Translations under genes and position numbers: made by a program | The notes under the pieces: model-generated | Seen by the model: only the letters and a program-made list of their open reading frames with translations | The model's database searches: none | What the model was told of the DNA's origin: nothing | Part shown: positions 49,361-60,739 of the stretch, in pieces | Layout of the letters: each line of letters starts with the position of its first letter | How positions within the stretch are numbered: the first letter of the stretch is position 1 | Source: Entomortierella parvispora E1425 | Lineage: Eukaryota; Fungi; Mortierellomycota | DNA: 64,000 nucleotides | Assembly (NCBI GenBank): GCA_020891255.1 | Contig: BQFW01000001.1 | Coordinates: forward strand, 744,001 to 808,000 | Reading direction: 5' to 3'

Positions 49361-51979
49361 TCAATAATACGAGCTTCCAATCCCCGAAGGATGCTCCTGT
49401 AGCCACACCTCTACTTCGCATTGCCTCTGAATCCGGAACGCCTCATCCGCCCAGCCGGAGGGGCTCGTCAACAAACCCTCGATCCGCTTCAAGCGAGGCC
49501 AGTTGACATGCATCCACGCCAACTCTGCAGCCCCGATCCGATGGGCCATTCCACTCACGTCCAGGACGTGCAGCTGCTTTAAGTCCTTCAACAAGTCCAA
49601 TCCTGAATCGAGCGAGAGTCTCAAACATCCATATTGGAAAAGATGCAACGTGTCCCTGCAGGATGGTCCTTGACCCGTCACTCGTTGCTCCGACTCCAAC
49701 CATGCATCCAATTCTAGTATCGCTTCTACTAGAGGTGCATTTCCTCCCTCCTGCTGGTGAGGTTGCTGTTGTTGCAGCTGAGGTAGTAGTGAGGGTAAGG
49801 TTGTTTCTGCTTCAGCTGCTGTAGCGGTTTGTTGGGGCACCGCTTCCACTGGCACTAGTACCTCCTCCATTGGGTCATCTTGTAATGGCATCTCCACTAC
49901 CCCTACATTTCCAACCAGTACCTCAGGCACCACTGGTACGTCTTCGGCCGTGACAGCAGTGACGGCCACTTCCACTACCTGCTCTCCCTGCCCATCCTGC
50001 TCTCCCTGCTCTCCCTCATGTTCTTCTTCCTCCTCTTCTTCCTCCTCCTCTTCCTCCCCCTCTTCCTCCTCTTCTTCTGCTTCCGCTTCTTCCCCTTCTT
50101 CTTCTTCCTCATCCTCCTCCTCCTCCTCCTCCTCCTCTTCGTCCTCTTCTTGTGCGTCACTTTCTTCCTCGGGAATGACAAACCTTGGGGTGTGTCCCAA
50201 ATAAAGCGCCTCTAACGCCTTCAGCTGTCCTAGCTGGTGATAAGCCCGTCGATGCATCTCACTTTCCAGTCGCTTCAGCTCCCGTTCCTGGGCTGTGTTG
50301 GATCCCCAGAACTGAACATACGTGTCCGTGACCCAATACTCTGCATGAGCCTCTGCATCCCAAGGAGCTCCATCCTGCTGGAAACAAATATCCGATCTCG
50401 GCACATCCTTGATCAACAATGCCAGACTCTTCAATGTCTCGGCACAAGCCCAAGGTTTTGAGATGCCTTGTTTCGTAATATCCTGCTCTGTCTCCTCTGC
50501 ATCACAGATATGACTGACATCCAGGGACAAATCATAGGCCCGAAGAGAACCCTCTGGGGTCGTGTCCTCCTCCCGATTCAAGCCCTCAAAGTGTTTGAGA
50601 GAAACAGCCGACTCCAAAAACCGCTGGATCGACTCGCCGTCAAAGCCCTGGATACCACCCACGACCAAGGACTCGATCCGAGTCACGTACTTCATCAACG
50701 CCTCTCGTGAGAGCGGCCCAAACCCCTTGGATACACAAGGAATCGTGATCCTCTTCCACCCATAGGCACTTTCGGCAGCTCCAATGATCCTGCTCAATCT
50801 CTTGTCGGTCACCTCCCGAGCCACGTCCCAAACAAGGGATTCCAGGTTCTGAAGATGGATTGCGGACCAGGGACTCGATGTCAAAGAGGATGAAGGTGGG
50901 GACAGGGACGAAAGAGAAGTTGAAGTGGCTGCTGGGGATGGTTTCCGTGGCAAAGACATTTTTTTCAAAAATGAAAAAGGGGACAGCCAGTTATGGAACT
51001 CGATCTCCTTCAGGTTGGGACACCGTTCCAAGAACGCCAAGACCAAATCGTCGTTGCCACTAAAACTCCGGATCGAAAGATGGTTCAATGCCTTCAAGAC
51101 TGGCAAGGTGGAATTGCTTCGTCGGATGTTGCCATAGAGGTCATATCTCCGGTTTGCGTGACTCTGCTGGAAATCCAAGGTCAGAGACGTGAGCGAGGAG
51201 GACTCGAGACGTTGAAGAAATATGGGGGTGTTGCTTTTCGGGTGAGTGGAGGCTGGGTGGTAAAAGGGCCTCAGTTCATCAAAGTCGCCCTTGAGAGTAA
51301 GATGCTTCAAGTTTGGGTTCAGTCGGACCCACTCGACCATGAGATTTAGTGGAGAGAGCAAGCTTGGAGGGAAGACGGGCTCGGACGCCAGCAGGCTTGC
51401 TTCTTCTTGGGCCAGTTCTCTTTCTAGTTGCGTCAGCACCGCAGCAGCAGCCGCCATGGCCGCTGCGGAAGCTGCCATGGCCACCTCTGCTGCATCAATG
51501 GCTTCTGCATTAGCTTCGGGTGCCTCTGCTGCATTAATGGCCACGACTGCAGCTTCTTGAGCCTCGGTCGCCGCTACCACTGTTGGATGCACCTGGCGAC
51601 GACGATGACGCTGGGGCCGGTGGGGCGGCACAGGTGGGATTGAGAATTCAACCTCGAGTTCCTGCAGGAATTGACTGCCTTGGAGTTCTGGTTGGATCAT
51701 AACGTTGCCAGTGGCCAGGCCCTCGGGGGTGGAGAAGCAACGAATAAAGTGGGAGTGGTGCTGTAGGACAGGAGAGCCATAGAGCATGAGAAAGCGCAGA
51801 TATTGTGTAGGGGTGGAGAGAACCACGCAACGCCAGAGGAGTGGCGTCCAGAGCTCGGACCAGGCTTTGGAGACAAGGGCACACTGAGCACGGTGGGCTG
51901 GTTTGGGGAGATGGGACGCGACAAAGGCCATGATCTCGGGTGGGGGTGCAGCCCAGCATTGGGCTCTTGGCTGCTGCAT
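49361..51979 (-). CDS. Large F-box protein with degenerate LRR/RNI-like region and poly-Glu insert (872 aa)
   Basis: PPPEIMAFVASHL..CALVSKAWSELWTPLLWRCV F-box; PWACAETLKSL and CLRLSLDSGLDLLKDLKQLHVLDV..HRIG..EL.WM..NWPRLKRI C-terminus; single exon. The upstream 113 codons of the track ORF are likely UTR. Confidence 0.88.
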   Translation of the reverse strand: MQQPRAQCWAAPPPEIMAFVASHLPKPAHRAQCALVSKAWSELWTPLLWRCVVLSTPTQYLRFLMLYGSPVLQHHSHFIRCFSTPEGLATGNVMIQPELQGSQFLQELEVEFSIPPVPPHRPQRHRRRQVHPTVVAATEAQEAAVVAINAAEAPEANAEAIDAAEVAMAASAAAMAAAAAVLTQLERELAQEEASLLASEPVFPPSLLSPLNLMVEWVRLNPNLKHLTLKGDFDELRPFYHPASTHPKSNTPIFLQRLESSSLTSLTLDFQQSHANRRYDLYGNIRRSNSTLPVLKALNHLSIRSFSGNDDLVLAFLERCPNLKEIEFHNWLSPFSFLKKMSLPRKPSPAATSTSLSSLSPPSSSLTSSPWSAIHLQNLESLVWDVAREVTDKRLSRIIGAAESAYGWKRITIPCVSKGFGPLSREALMKYVTRIESLVVGGIQGFDGESIQRFLESAVSLKHFEGLNREEDTTPEGSLRAYDLSLDVSHICDAEETEQDITKQGISKPWACAETLKSLALLIKDVPRSDICFQQDGAPWDAEAHAEYWVTDTYVQFWGSNTAQERELKRLESEMHRRAYHQLGQLKALEALYLGHTPRFVIPEEESDAQEEDEEEEEEEEEDEEEEEGEEAEAEEEEEEGEEEEEEEEEEEEHEGEQGEQDGQGEQVVEVAVTAVTAEDVPVVPEVLVGNVGVVEMPLQDDPMEEVLVPVEAVPQQTATAAEAETTLPSLLPQLQQQQPHQQEGGNAPLVEAILELDAWLESEQRVTGQGPSCRDTLHLFQYGCLRLSLDSGLDLLKDLKQLHVLDVSGMAHRIGAAELAWMHVNWPRLKRIEGLLTSPSGWADEAFRIQRQCEVEVWLQEHPSGIGSSYY

Positions 51980-52494
51980 GATGTGAGATGGATGGAGGGA
52001 ATGAAGTAAAGTGAGGTGAGGTAATGAGTAAATGGCAAAGGAGAGAAAAGAAGAGGAGATGCAACGTAATGAGGTAATGAGGTGAAGTGCAATGAGAATG
52101 GAGGCAAAGGGAACACAGAACAAAAAGGGGTGTCTGCAGAGAAGGTGAAGACTGAGGATGGGGATGGGAATGATGCTTGGGGATGACAGTGCGCCACCAA
52201 TTGACTTCAGTCGCTGCCGTGCCAGCGATGATTGCATGGTCGCACCATGGGTGGTACCGACCTTGTCTCTTTCACCACTTCTCCACCCGTAGAAACAAAG
52301 CCAACGACTGACAGACACAACGCGACGCGAACGCCGTGCTCAGAGGACATTTCTGCCGCAGTCGACTACGGTGGTGCGTCCAATAATAATGGTCAAAAGG
52401 CCTGCTCTCATCGCTGCTGTTCCCCAATTCTCGTTTCTTTTCTCCATTGTTGCCATCTCTGTCGCTGCCAGACTCATTGACAGGATGTCACGGA

Positions 52495-53529
52495 TACATC
52501 CCTTCGACTTGCCCGAGCTTCGACATCGAATCGCCCATTACTTCAGCCTAAAGACCTTGCCACCTGTCTGTGCGTGAGCCAAGATTGGAACGAACTCTTC
52601 TCACCTCTTCTCTACAAGGACCTCCATGTATCGCGACATAAGTCCCAGTATGGAGGCGATGGAGAAGAAAAAGCAAGTGATTCCGCATTTGACGATCAAT
52701 TGCCTTTTCTTTCGAAACCCACAATTATTCTCAACGCGAGCTGAGCTTCTGTCGAGAGTCATGGTCAACTCGGCTCTTGTCGTTCTAGGTTTGACGAATT
52801 CCCTGATGGACAATGAAGTTCAAGTGATTGCTTAAGCGCTTAAGACCAACTCTGCTCTGACCAGTCAAAGCCTAAGAGAGAATAGGATTTCAGGGTCAGG
52901 CGTGGAGGCGCTGTCTGAAGCCCTCGAGACCAACTCTACTCTTACCACCCTGAACTTGGATCTCAACAACGACGGATACAATAGAGCCCTGGCACTGGCA
53001 CGGTTACTCAAAGTGAACTCAAGCTTGACTAATTTGCATTTGCAGAGCTGCTCAATCGGAGACAATGGAGATCAAGCCCTTGCAGAGGCCCTCAAGATGA
53101 ACTCAACCCTTACCAGATTGACCAGGGGATAACTCGATCAAAGGCAGTGGGGCCCAGGCGCTCTCTGAGCTACTCAAGACCAATTCAGCTCTGTACCGCT
53201 TGGAGTTGCCCAAGAATGAGATCAAGGAAGTCCGAGCCCAGGCACTCGCAAATGCACTTATCAGCAACTCGACTTTGACCGAACTGAACTTGGGTTACAA
53301 CTCCATTGGAAGCAACGGGGCCAAGGCGTTGGCAAGGGCACTCAAAGTCAACAGGACTCCGGAAGTTTTCTACTTTCAGAATAACTGTATCGGTGAAATT
53401 GGAGCTCTATCGCTGCTTGAAGCACTTAAGATGAATTCGTCGCTGCTCGATTTGGACATAAAGAACAACCATCGAGCGCGCTCTTCGCCAGGCGCTGGAG
53501 GAGACCTTCTGGACCCCGGTCCGATCTGA
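52495..53529 (+). pseudogene. F-box + RI-type LRR paralogue 1 (disabled)
   Basis: MSRIHPFDLPELRHRIAHY, then frameshifts and an in-frame TAA; ALxxNSTLTxLxLxxNxIG repeats spread over several frames. Confidence 0.85.
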
Positions 53530-53869
53530 AGCCATTGCCTTTTTGTTCGTGTAGTGAAATGTCAACATAGTTCCTCCTCAACAGCGCCAGACACTTGCAG
53601 TCCCTGCCAAACAGAGGCAAGGTTGCTTTGATGGAGAAGGAGCAACTCTTTTTTTTTTTTTTTTTTTTTTTTTTGGAAGAGGACTCAGGGCGAGTGATTG
53701 CCACAGACGCAGGTCAGCATTCAATTCACTCTTTTCTTTCTTTCATCATTTCATCATCATCGTCCCCCATTCTCATTGCCTTCTCCATTGTTGCCCCTAT
53801 TGCCACACATACTGCTTGAATTGTCATCATTCGTAACCCAGACACCCTCCTTCATTCAGTTTCTTCCCA

Positions 53870-55012
53870 ATGTCACGTACAGGTGCCCTCGACCTTCCTG
53901 AGATTCTCTCTCGAATTGCAAGCTACCTTGAACCCAGTGACCTTGCATCCTGTACACAAGTGAGTCATGACTGGAGCGACTCATTCTCACCGCCACTTTA
54001 CAACTCTGTCGTCTTATCCAACCATCGCTTCCGTATGGAATCGATCGAGAGAAATAATCACTTGATACGACATATGACCATCAATCGCTCTTTCTTTACG
54101 GAACTCCAATACACAAAATTCAAAGTACTTTCCAGCGTCTTGGCCAATTCAGCCCTTCTCACCCTGAAGATGAGAGATCTCTCAATAGGGGACGATGAAA
54201 CTCGGCTACTGGCTCGAGCGCTTAAGACAAATTCTTCTCTGGCCACTCTAGAGTTGGTATACAATTTCATTGGCAAGGTGGGAGCAATGGCGCTCGCGCA
54301 GGCACTAAAGACCAACTCAACCTTGACAACTTTGAGCTTGGAACTCAACTACATCGGATATTATGGAGCAGAAGCACTGTCAAAGGCACTTATGGTCAAT
54401 TCAACGCTGTCTGCTCTATTCTTGTCGCGCACTGAATTCGGGGACTTTGGAGTGCAGGATCTGGCAGAGGCACTCAGGACCAATTCGGCCCTACGCATCC
54501 TGGAGCTACGCCACAACAATATATATGAAGATGGAGCCCAGGCACTGGCCGAGTCCCTCAAGATCAACTCGGTGCTGACCACACTGGACTTGGGAAACAA
54601 TTCAATTGGAAGCAATGGGGCCAAAGCGTTGGCGGAGGCACTCAGAATCAATTCGACTCTAACCCACCTGGAGTTGGCGGAAAACGAGGTCTTGGATGAC
54701 GGAGCTATGGCGTTGGCAGAGGCACTCAAGACGAACTCAGTTTTGACCTGCCTGAACTTGGGAGGTAACTCAATTGAAAGCAACGGAGCCAATGCACTCG
54801 CCAATGCACTGATAACCAACACGACGCTGACAGCTCTGTACCTGTACAACAATTCGATTGGGGACATTGGGAGTCAGTCCATGTGTGAAGCAATTCAGGT
54901 CAACTCGACGCTGACCAAGTTGTTCGTGTATCAGAATTTGATTGGAGATATCGGGGGCGAGGCGTTTTCCAAGCTGCTCAAGAACAATACAGCACTGGAA
55001 ATAGTTTATTGA
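53870..55012 (+). CDS. F-box + RI-type (NLRC3-like) LRR protein, 380 aa, intact paralogue 2
   Basis: ALDLPEILSRIASYLEPSDLASCTQVSHDW F-box plus ~10 28-aa repeats ALAEALKTNSTLTTLxLxxNxIGxxGA. Confidence 0.92.
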   Translation: MSRTGALDLPEILSRIASYLEPSDLASCTQVSHDWSDSFSPPLYNSVVLSNHRFRMESIERNNHLIRHMTINRSFFTELQYTKFKVLSSVLANSALLTLKMRDLSIGDDETRLLARALKTNSSLATLELVYNFIGKVGAMALAQALKTNSTLTTLSLELNYIGYYGAEALSKALMVNSTLSALFLSRTEFGDFGVQDLAEALRTNSALRILELRHNNIYEDGAQALAESLKINSVLTTLDLGNNSIGSNGAKALAEALRINSTLTHLELAENEVLDDGAMALAEALKTNSVLTCLNLGGNSIESNGANALANALITNTTLTALYLYNNSIGDIGSQSMCEAIQVNSTLTKLFVYQNLIGDIGGEAFSKLLKNNTALEIVY

Positions 55013-55812
55013 ATTCACATCCAAGTGTCCGATATAGGTGTATGGTTGACCACTACCGATCAAACACTGATCGACATGGACTTGGATAGTTGCCTCTGCT
55101 CTCATACCCTGCAGCAGGTGCAGGCATTGAGTGTCACGTCGCTCGTGTTCAGGAGGCGCTCACAGATGCAGGTCATTCAATTCGCCCTTTCCCTTTCTCT
55201 CATTGCGACGACAACGAGGACGACGCCAAATCAATTGTGTACAAGACAGACCATCCTTACGTCAATGTAGCCAACGGCAGTACCATTATGGAAGCTCTCA
55301 ACAGAGGCCTCAGTGGGGTTTCAATTGTTGCCATCAAGAGACTTGGACCGTGCACAAGAGGACAAAAAAAAATCAAAAAAAAAAAAAATTGGGCGAAGCA
55401 CCTCCCACCTGGTTTTTCCCGCTTCTCATCTTCTTATGTCTCCATCTCCCCAAGCTCGCATTCCTCGCATTCCTCCATCCTTCTTTTCATCCGCCCTCTC
55501 TCTTCCATGCACACTTGCCCACATTCACTCCATCTCTCATTCATTTTGTTCAATGCATCTCTCGATTCTCATGCCATGGCGCGTTTGACAGCACTTGTGC
55601 AGACCAAGGATCTGACTTTGTAAATTAATTCATTTTTTTTTGTCAGAATTAAAGAGAGAAAACAAGAATTTTAATAAAGTGCTATGAAAGGGATACGGAA
55701 GGGAAGAGAGTGCTTTGGAAGTGGAAGTGGAAAAGAAGAGGGTCCTTTGGAAAAGAAAAGGTAAGTTTCGAAGAAAAAAAATGGTTTGTGGAAGGGACAA
55801 AATGAATTGGCG

Positions 55813-55973
55813 TACCAAGTCCCCCGATGTTTGTTATAGATGCTGACGACTGCGTGCCATCACCACATCCCATCGGGATCATGGATTTGTGGAAGAAACA
55901 AAGAGCAATACCAAGTCCCCGATGTTCGCTGACGACTCTGAGCCATCACCTCATCACATCGGCATCATGGATT
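55813..55973. repeat. Imperfect tandem duplication (~70 bp x2)
   Basis: taccaagtcccc(c)gatgtt...gctgacgact..g.gccatcacc...catcgg.atcatggatt at 55813-55887 and 55909-55973. Confidence 0.8.
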
Positions 55974-56224
55974 ACCGCCCACTATCCTAACTACACTAGG
56001 GCTAAACTAACTAGTCTAAAAGCGAAGGAAGGGGGACGGAAGGAAAAGGAAGTTTTCTCTCTTGATTCTTGATTCTTGATTCTTGTTACTTATTACTTGT
56101 TTCTTGGATGGGGGGCCCAAGACCAAAGAGGGCAGGGAGGCAACTGCGTTTGGGAGGCAGGCCTTGATCAAGCCAAGCAGGCTAGGCGGTCTTGAGGACC
56201 AAGGCTCGGGCCAGAGAGGCAGCG

Positions 56225-56470
56225 GGTCTCGTGGCCGAGGCAGGCCTTGAGGGCAGATGTCAAGCCTTGGGGAGGCAGACACCTTTGCGGCCGAGGCAGG
56301 TCTTGAGGGCTGAGGTGAAGCCTTGGGGAGGCAGACACCTTTGCGGCCGAGGCAGGTCTTGAGGGCTGAGGTGAAGCCTTGGGGAGGCAGACACCTTTGC
56401 GGCCGAGGCAGGTCTTGAGGGCTGAGGTCAAGCCTTGAGGAAGCAGACGACTTTGCGGCCGAGGCTTGGG
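56225..56470. repeat. GC-rich 56-bp minisatellite, ~4.5 copies plus degenerate flanks
   Basis: acctttgcggccgaggcaggtcttgagggctgaggt.aagccttggggaggcagac recurs at 56281, 56337, 56393 and 56449. Confidence 0.93.
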
Positions 56471-58178
56471 CCCGGAAGGCAGGCAGGCTTGCGACCAAAG
56501 TCTTGAAAGGGCAGGCAGGTTTGCGGCCAAAGACTTTGAAGGGCAGGAAAGGTAGGCCGATGGATCAGGACCATTGGGACCGAGGCCGAGGAGGACAGGA
56601 CTGAACTTGAAGAGCCGATGTCGTTGGGCCGGGGACACTTGTTGCTGGCTGAGTGGAGAGTAGCAGCATGGTGGTGTGTTTTGTGTGCTTTGTGTGTGTG
56701 GAAGGGGAGTGAAGTAGAAATGAAGGATGAGGAGCAAAAAAAGAGGGGGATCGTGGGGGGGTATTTGTATGAAAACTGTTTGACTTATCGACTGCGGCCC
56801 CTCGACATGGCGACATAGCGACATGAGGAGGGAGGAAATCGATTGGTCCAAGGATAAGAGACAACGAAGGAAGGATGGCGATTGGACCGTCGAAACATGT
56901 GGAAGGAAAGATAAGCGAACGAACAGACGTTAACTTTTGGGTGTGGAGTGAAAATAAGGGAACTGGCCGCGCGTGGACGCGAGTTCAGACGCGCCATTTT
57001 GCCACGGAGGATGAAAATAAGGGAACTGGTCGCGTGTGAACGGAAAATGAGGTGGCGCATGGCGACGTGTTTTTGAAATTTGGTGAAATTCTGAAAAAAT
57101 GATGATGGCTTGGCGGATGAAAACAAAACAACAGTCTCAACCTAGGCGAAGCATCGACGCGTGTGACAGCAACCAGCGGGAATTACCCGCGTGAAAGAAG
57201 GTGGATCTCGTTCGCCACAGTCCCTTTACCACACACAGCACCTATGACTTACGGCACAATCATATTTTGAGCGTTGTTTTTTTTCCGCATTTCAAGGGCA
57301 TTGAAGTACACTTTGTCAGTGGCAGCCAGCAAGGAAAGGTGGCACACCGACAGGGGAGGTGTCAATGTATTTATCGATTGTTGAGCAAGCAGAAGAGGGA
57401 CATGGTCAAGATACGGCTGGCCTCCTTTAGCTCTGGCGTGTTGAACGGAAAGATGAACTTTCTCTGGAGTGCTGACCTGGGAAGGGAGCTGGATCATGTC
57501 TTCACTGCGAAATGCACTGAGGTGTACTTCAAGTTTCGAGTGGTTAATGAATGAGTTTTGTTCTAAGTTTCTTGTTCGCGCCATCGATTTCCGGCTAAAA
57601 CATGCTGATATCACCATGTCTATGGTCAGTCTCAGTGGGCATCGGGTTCTGCAGTCGACATGGCAGGATGCTTCAATGCTATTCACCATCATTTACACCA
57701 TTCATCCTCAAGGCTGCTGGATCGATTTCGAATGTTGGTGTCCTGGGAGCAAGTTGCCATCAAATTAAGAAAGGGGGCCAGGCGCTGTCTGCAACACTCC
57801 AAGGTCTCCAAGGTATCTCGACCTGGACGACTTGAGCCTACGGGGGCTACTCCACCGGATACATGGAGCGGGAGGCATTCAAAGTATCTTAGACTCCAAC
57901 TCGATGTCTATTTGTTCCAGGAGCAGGGTCCACACGGGATTTAGCCTGAGTTCAAAATAAAGGCTCAGTACGTGCCTGGAAAGCAAGATGTTTGCATGCA
58001 GAGGAAGCGCTCACAAAATGCAGGCCAGCATTCAATTCGTTCTTTTCTTTCCCTCATTGGCGCCACCATCCCATTCTCATTGCCTTTTCTCCATCGTCGA
58101 CTTCACTGCCATTCATGCCGATTGTTAACGACATTACACTCATCCGCAGACATTAGTGTTGTTCTTTCATTTACCAGA

Positions 58179-59307
58179 ATGACTCAGCCCCGTGCGCTCG
58201 ACCTTCATGAGATTCGCTCTCGAATCGCCAGTTTCTTGGAGCGCAGAGACATTGTATCCTGCGCACGAGTGAGTCTGGATTGGAATGCCTCGTTCTCACC
58301 GTCTCTCTACAACTCTGTCGTATTATCGAGAAATAGCCCCAGCATGGAAGCTATCGAGAGAAATAAGCACCTAATTCGATACTTGAAGATCTTTCGCCGG
58401 GCCCACATGTCGATATTTGCGAAACCTGACGTACTTTTTAGTACCATGTCCAGCCCTGCTCTGGCCACTCTTGAGATGCACCTCACCTGGATGAGAGACA
58501 GCGGGGCGCAGGCAGTAGCCCATGCTCTCAAGTATAATTCTACCTGACCACTTTGATCTTACGAACCAATTCAATCAGGGAAGCCGGGGCACGAGCACTT
58601 GCGGAGGCACTCGAGACCAATTCGTCCCTCACCACTTTGAAGCTGGACCAGGACAAGATCGGATCCAACGGAGGTCAGGCTCTGGCTATGGCTATTACGA
58701 TAAACTCGACTCTGTCCACCCTATCTTTATGGTGTGCCGGTATCGGGAACGAAGGAGCTGAAGCAATGGCAAAGGCTCTAAAGACCAACTCGACTCTGAC
58801 CTCTTTGACCTTGGTTGGAAATGATATTAGGGACCATGGAGCCAAGGCACTGTCTGGGGCACTCAAGAATAACTCTGCGCTGGCTGACTTGGACTTGTCC
58901 GGCAATCATATCAAAGAGCCCGGAGCTCATGCACTGGCTGAGTTACTCACGATCAGGTCAGCTCTTTCCACCTTAAAATTAAAGCACAACCGGATTGGGG
59001 ATGATGGGACTCATTCTCTGGCTGAGGCGCTCAACACAAACTCGACCTTTGTCAATTTCAACCTGAGCAACAACTCGACTGGGTGCAACGGAGCGATAGC
59101 TCTGGCAGAGGCGCTCAGGACCAATTCGACCCTGAAAACCCCGCACTACACCTCAATCCTATCAGAGACAAAGGAAGTCTGTCGCTGGCAGAGGTGTTCA
59201 AGACCAATTATACTCTGACCACTTTGAGCTTGCACAACAACCCGATTGGGGATGTTGGAATGCAGGCACTGAACGAGGCACGCAAGGCCCTGTCGACGCG
59301 GTCCTAA
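58179..59307 (+). pseudogene. F-box + RI-type LRR paralogue 3 (two frameshifts)
   Basis: MTQPRALDLHEIRSRIASFL...; a 1-bp loss at ~58543 (TCT ACC TGA instead of ACC CTG ACC) and a second shift near 59145. Confidence 0.85.
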
Positions 59308-59564
59308 GTCACTTTGTTGTTTTAGGGCAGGTGAATAAATTGATCCTTCGAAAAAAAAAAAAAAAAAAAAGGCACGCGCCTGAAACCTTTGTAAAGTGGG
59401 GTCCGCGCGCGACGTTCAAAAATTAGGCAGTGACAGCGGTCAGCATTCAGTTCCTCGCTCATTGCCACAGCCCCATTGTCATTACCGTCTCCACTGTCGT
59501 CCTCATTACCACATGAATCGCCTGTTTGCTTCAAGTTGCATCGTCTTGATTCAGTTTCATTAGA

Positions 59565-59810
59565 ATGGCACAGACATGTCCCCTCGACCTTCATGAGATT
59601 CGTTCTCAAATCGCCAGTTACTTGGAACCGAAAGATCTTGCGTCCTGCGCGCAAGTGAGTCAGGATTGGAACGAAACTTTCACACGGCAACTCTACAGGT
59701 CTGCCGTCATGTCAAGACGTGGCCCCAGATTTTGTCCTCCCGTACGCCTGAACATAAAGCGGGCATCTCGTACATCATCCGACTTTCAAAATAGTACTTC
59801 TTATTCTTAA
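59565..59810 (+). pseudogene. F-box paralogue 4, truncated directly after the F-box
   Basis: MAQTCPLDLHEIRSQIASYLEPKDLASCAQVSQDWNETF..LYRSAVMS; similarity to the paralogues ends at ~59728. Confidence 0.8.
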
Positions 59811-59879
59811 GATAGGCGCCAACCTACTGACGAACCACCAGACGTAAGAACTAATGTAATGTCCAGTGCTGGGTCGCAA

Positions 59880-60170
59880 CTAACAATTTAGTTTTTTGAT
59901 CCAGGGCCTTTCGGCGTTGCCGATTTGTTCGCCAGTTTGAGGGTTGACACAGAAGCAATAGCCTGTAGAGCCGTTGCACTGAAGCTTGGAATAGGTGCCA
60001 TCATATTCACATTTAGGAACAAAAACACCTACTCGCGGATTGTCTCCTCCAAGTAATTTGAGTGCCTTCTGCCGATCTGCTTGACACTTTGTTTGATGCG
60101 CGCTTGCCATCAGAGTCTTGCTCAATAAAAGAGCAACAACGAAATAAATCATGTTCTTGTTTGGACGCAT
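59880..60170 (-). CDS. Secreted single-domain thyroglobulin type-1 (thyropin-like) protein, 96 aa
   Basis: Signal peptide MIYFVVALLLSKTLMASA, then TKC...FVPKCEYDGTYSKLQCNGSTGYCFCVNPQTGEQI...C; six Cys in Tg1 type-1A spacing; intronless. Confidence 0.88.
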   Translation of the reverse strand: MRPNKNMIYFVVALLLSKTLMASAHQTKCQADRQKALKLLGGDNPRVGVFVPKCEYDGTYSKLQCNGSTGYCFCVNPQTGEQIGNAERPWIKKLNC

Positions 60171-60739
60171 TGGATACCTATAGAGAATTGATGAGATTGG
60201 AAGGGAAAAAAATAGGTCAGTCGATGAATTGACACTCCAACATAGAAATACCGTAGCCTGAGTATACGCAATCTTACGAGAGTCTGGTCAAGATACACAG
60301 ATGTGTTCAGGAGATGAGGGAAGACTGGTCTTCTTGAGGGCGGTCTTAATAGAGGGCTCTAGAGCACTTATCAGTGTTTCTTTGAGCAGAGATCTTTTGA
60401 GTGGCGGCTTTTATAATGTTTGTCAAGGCGGTTCTTGCAGTAGATGCTGTGAGTGAAAAGTGTACAGAGTGCAGTTGCGAGTTTAGGTTTGAATGGGATC
60501 AGTACGCTTTTATATTCGTGAAGAGGATGAAGAATGAAAAAAAAAAAAAATGCAGGAGGATAGGAAAAAATGATAGTATGGATGAGGACAAGAAAAAGAA
60601 CGTATGCATGAAAAGTAGGGGTAGAGATGGGCAGGGGCATGGGGAAAGCGGGTGGAGGAAAAGTGGAGGCAGGAAAAAAATGGATACAAAAAAACGAAAA
60701 AAGGACACATGCCTGAAAAGAGGAACCAAGGGAAGCGAA

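Noticed and set aside
51980-52318. N-terminal 113 codons of the 985-aa track ORF
   Set aside because: Pyrimidine-rich leader-like sequence; the F-box begins right after the ATG at 51979, as in related proteins.
57200-57950. Overlapping 80-150 aa ORFs inside the F-box array
   Set aside because: May be a decayed gene, but I recognise no family motif and the frames are inconsistent.
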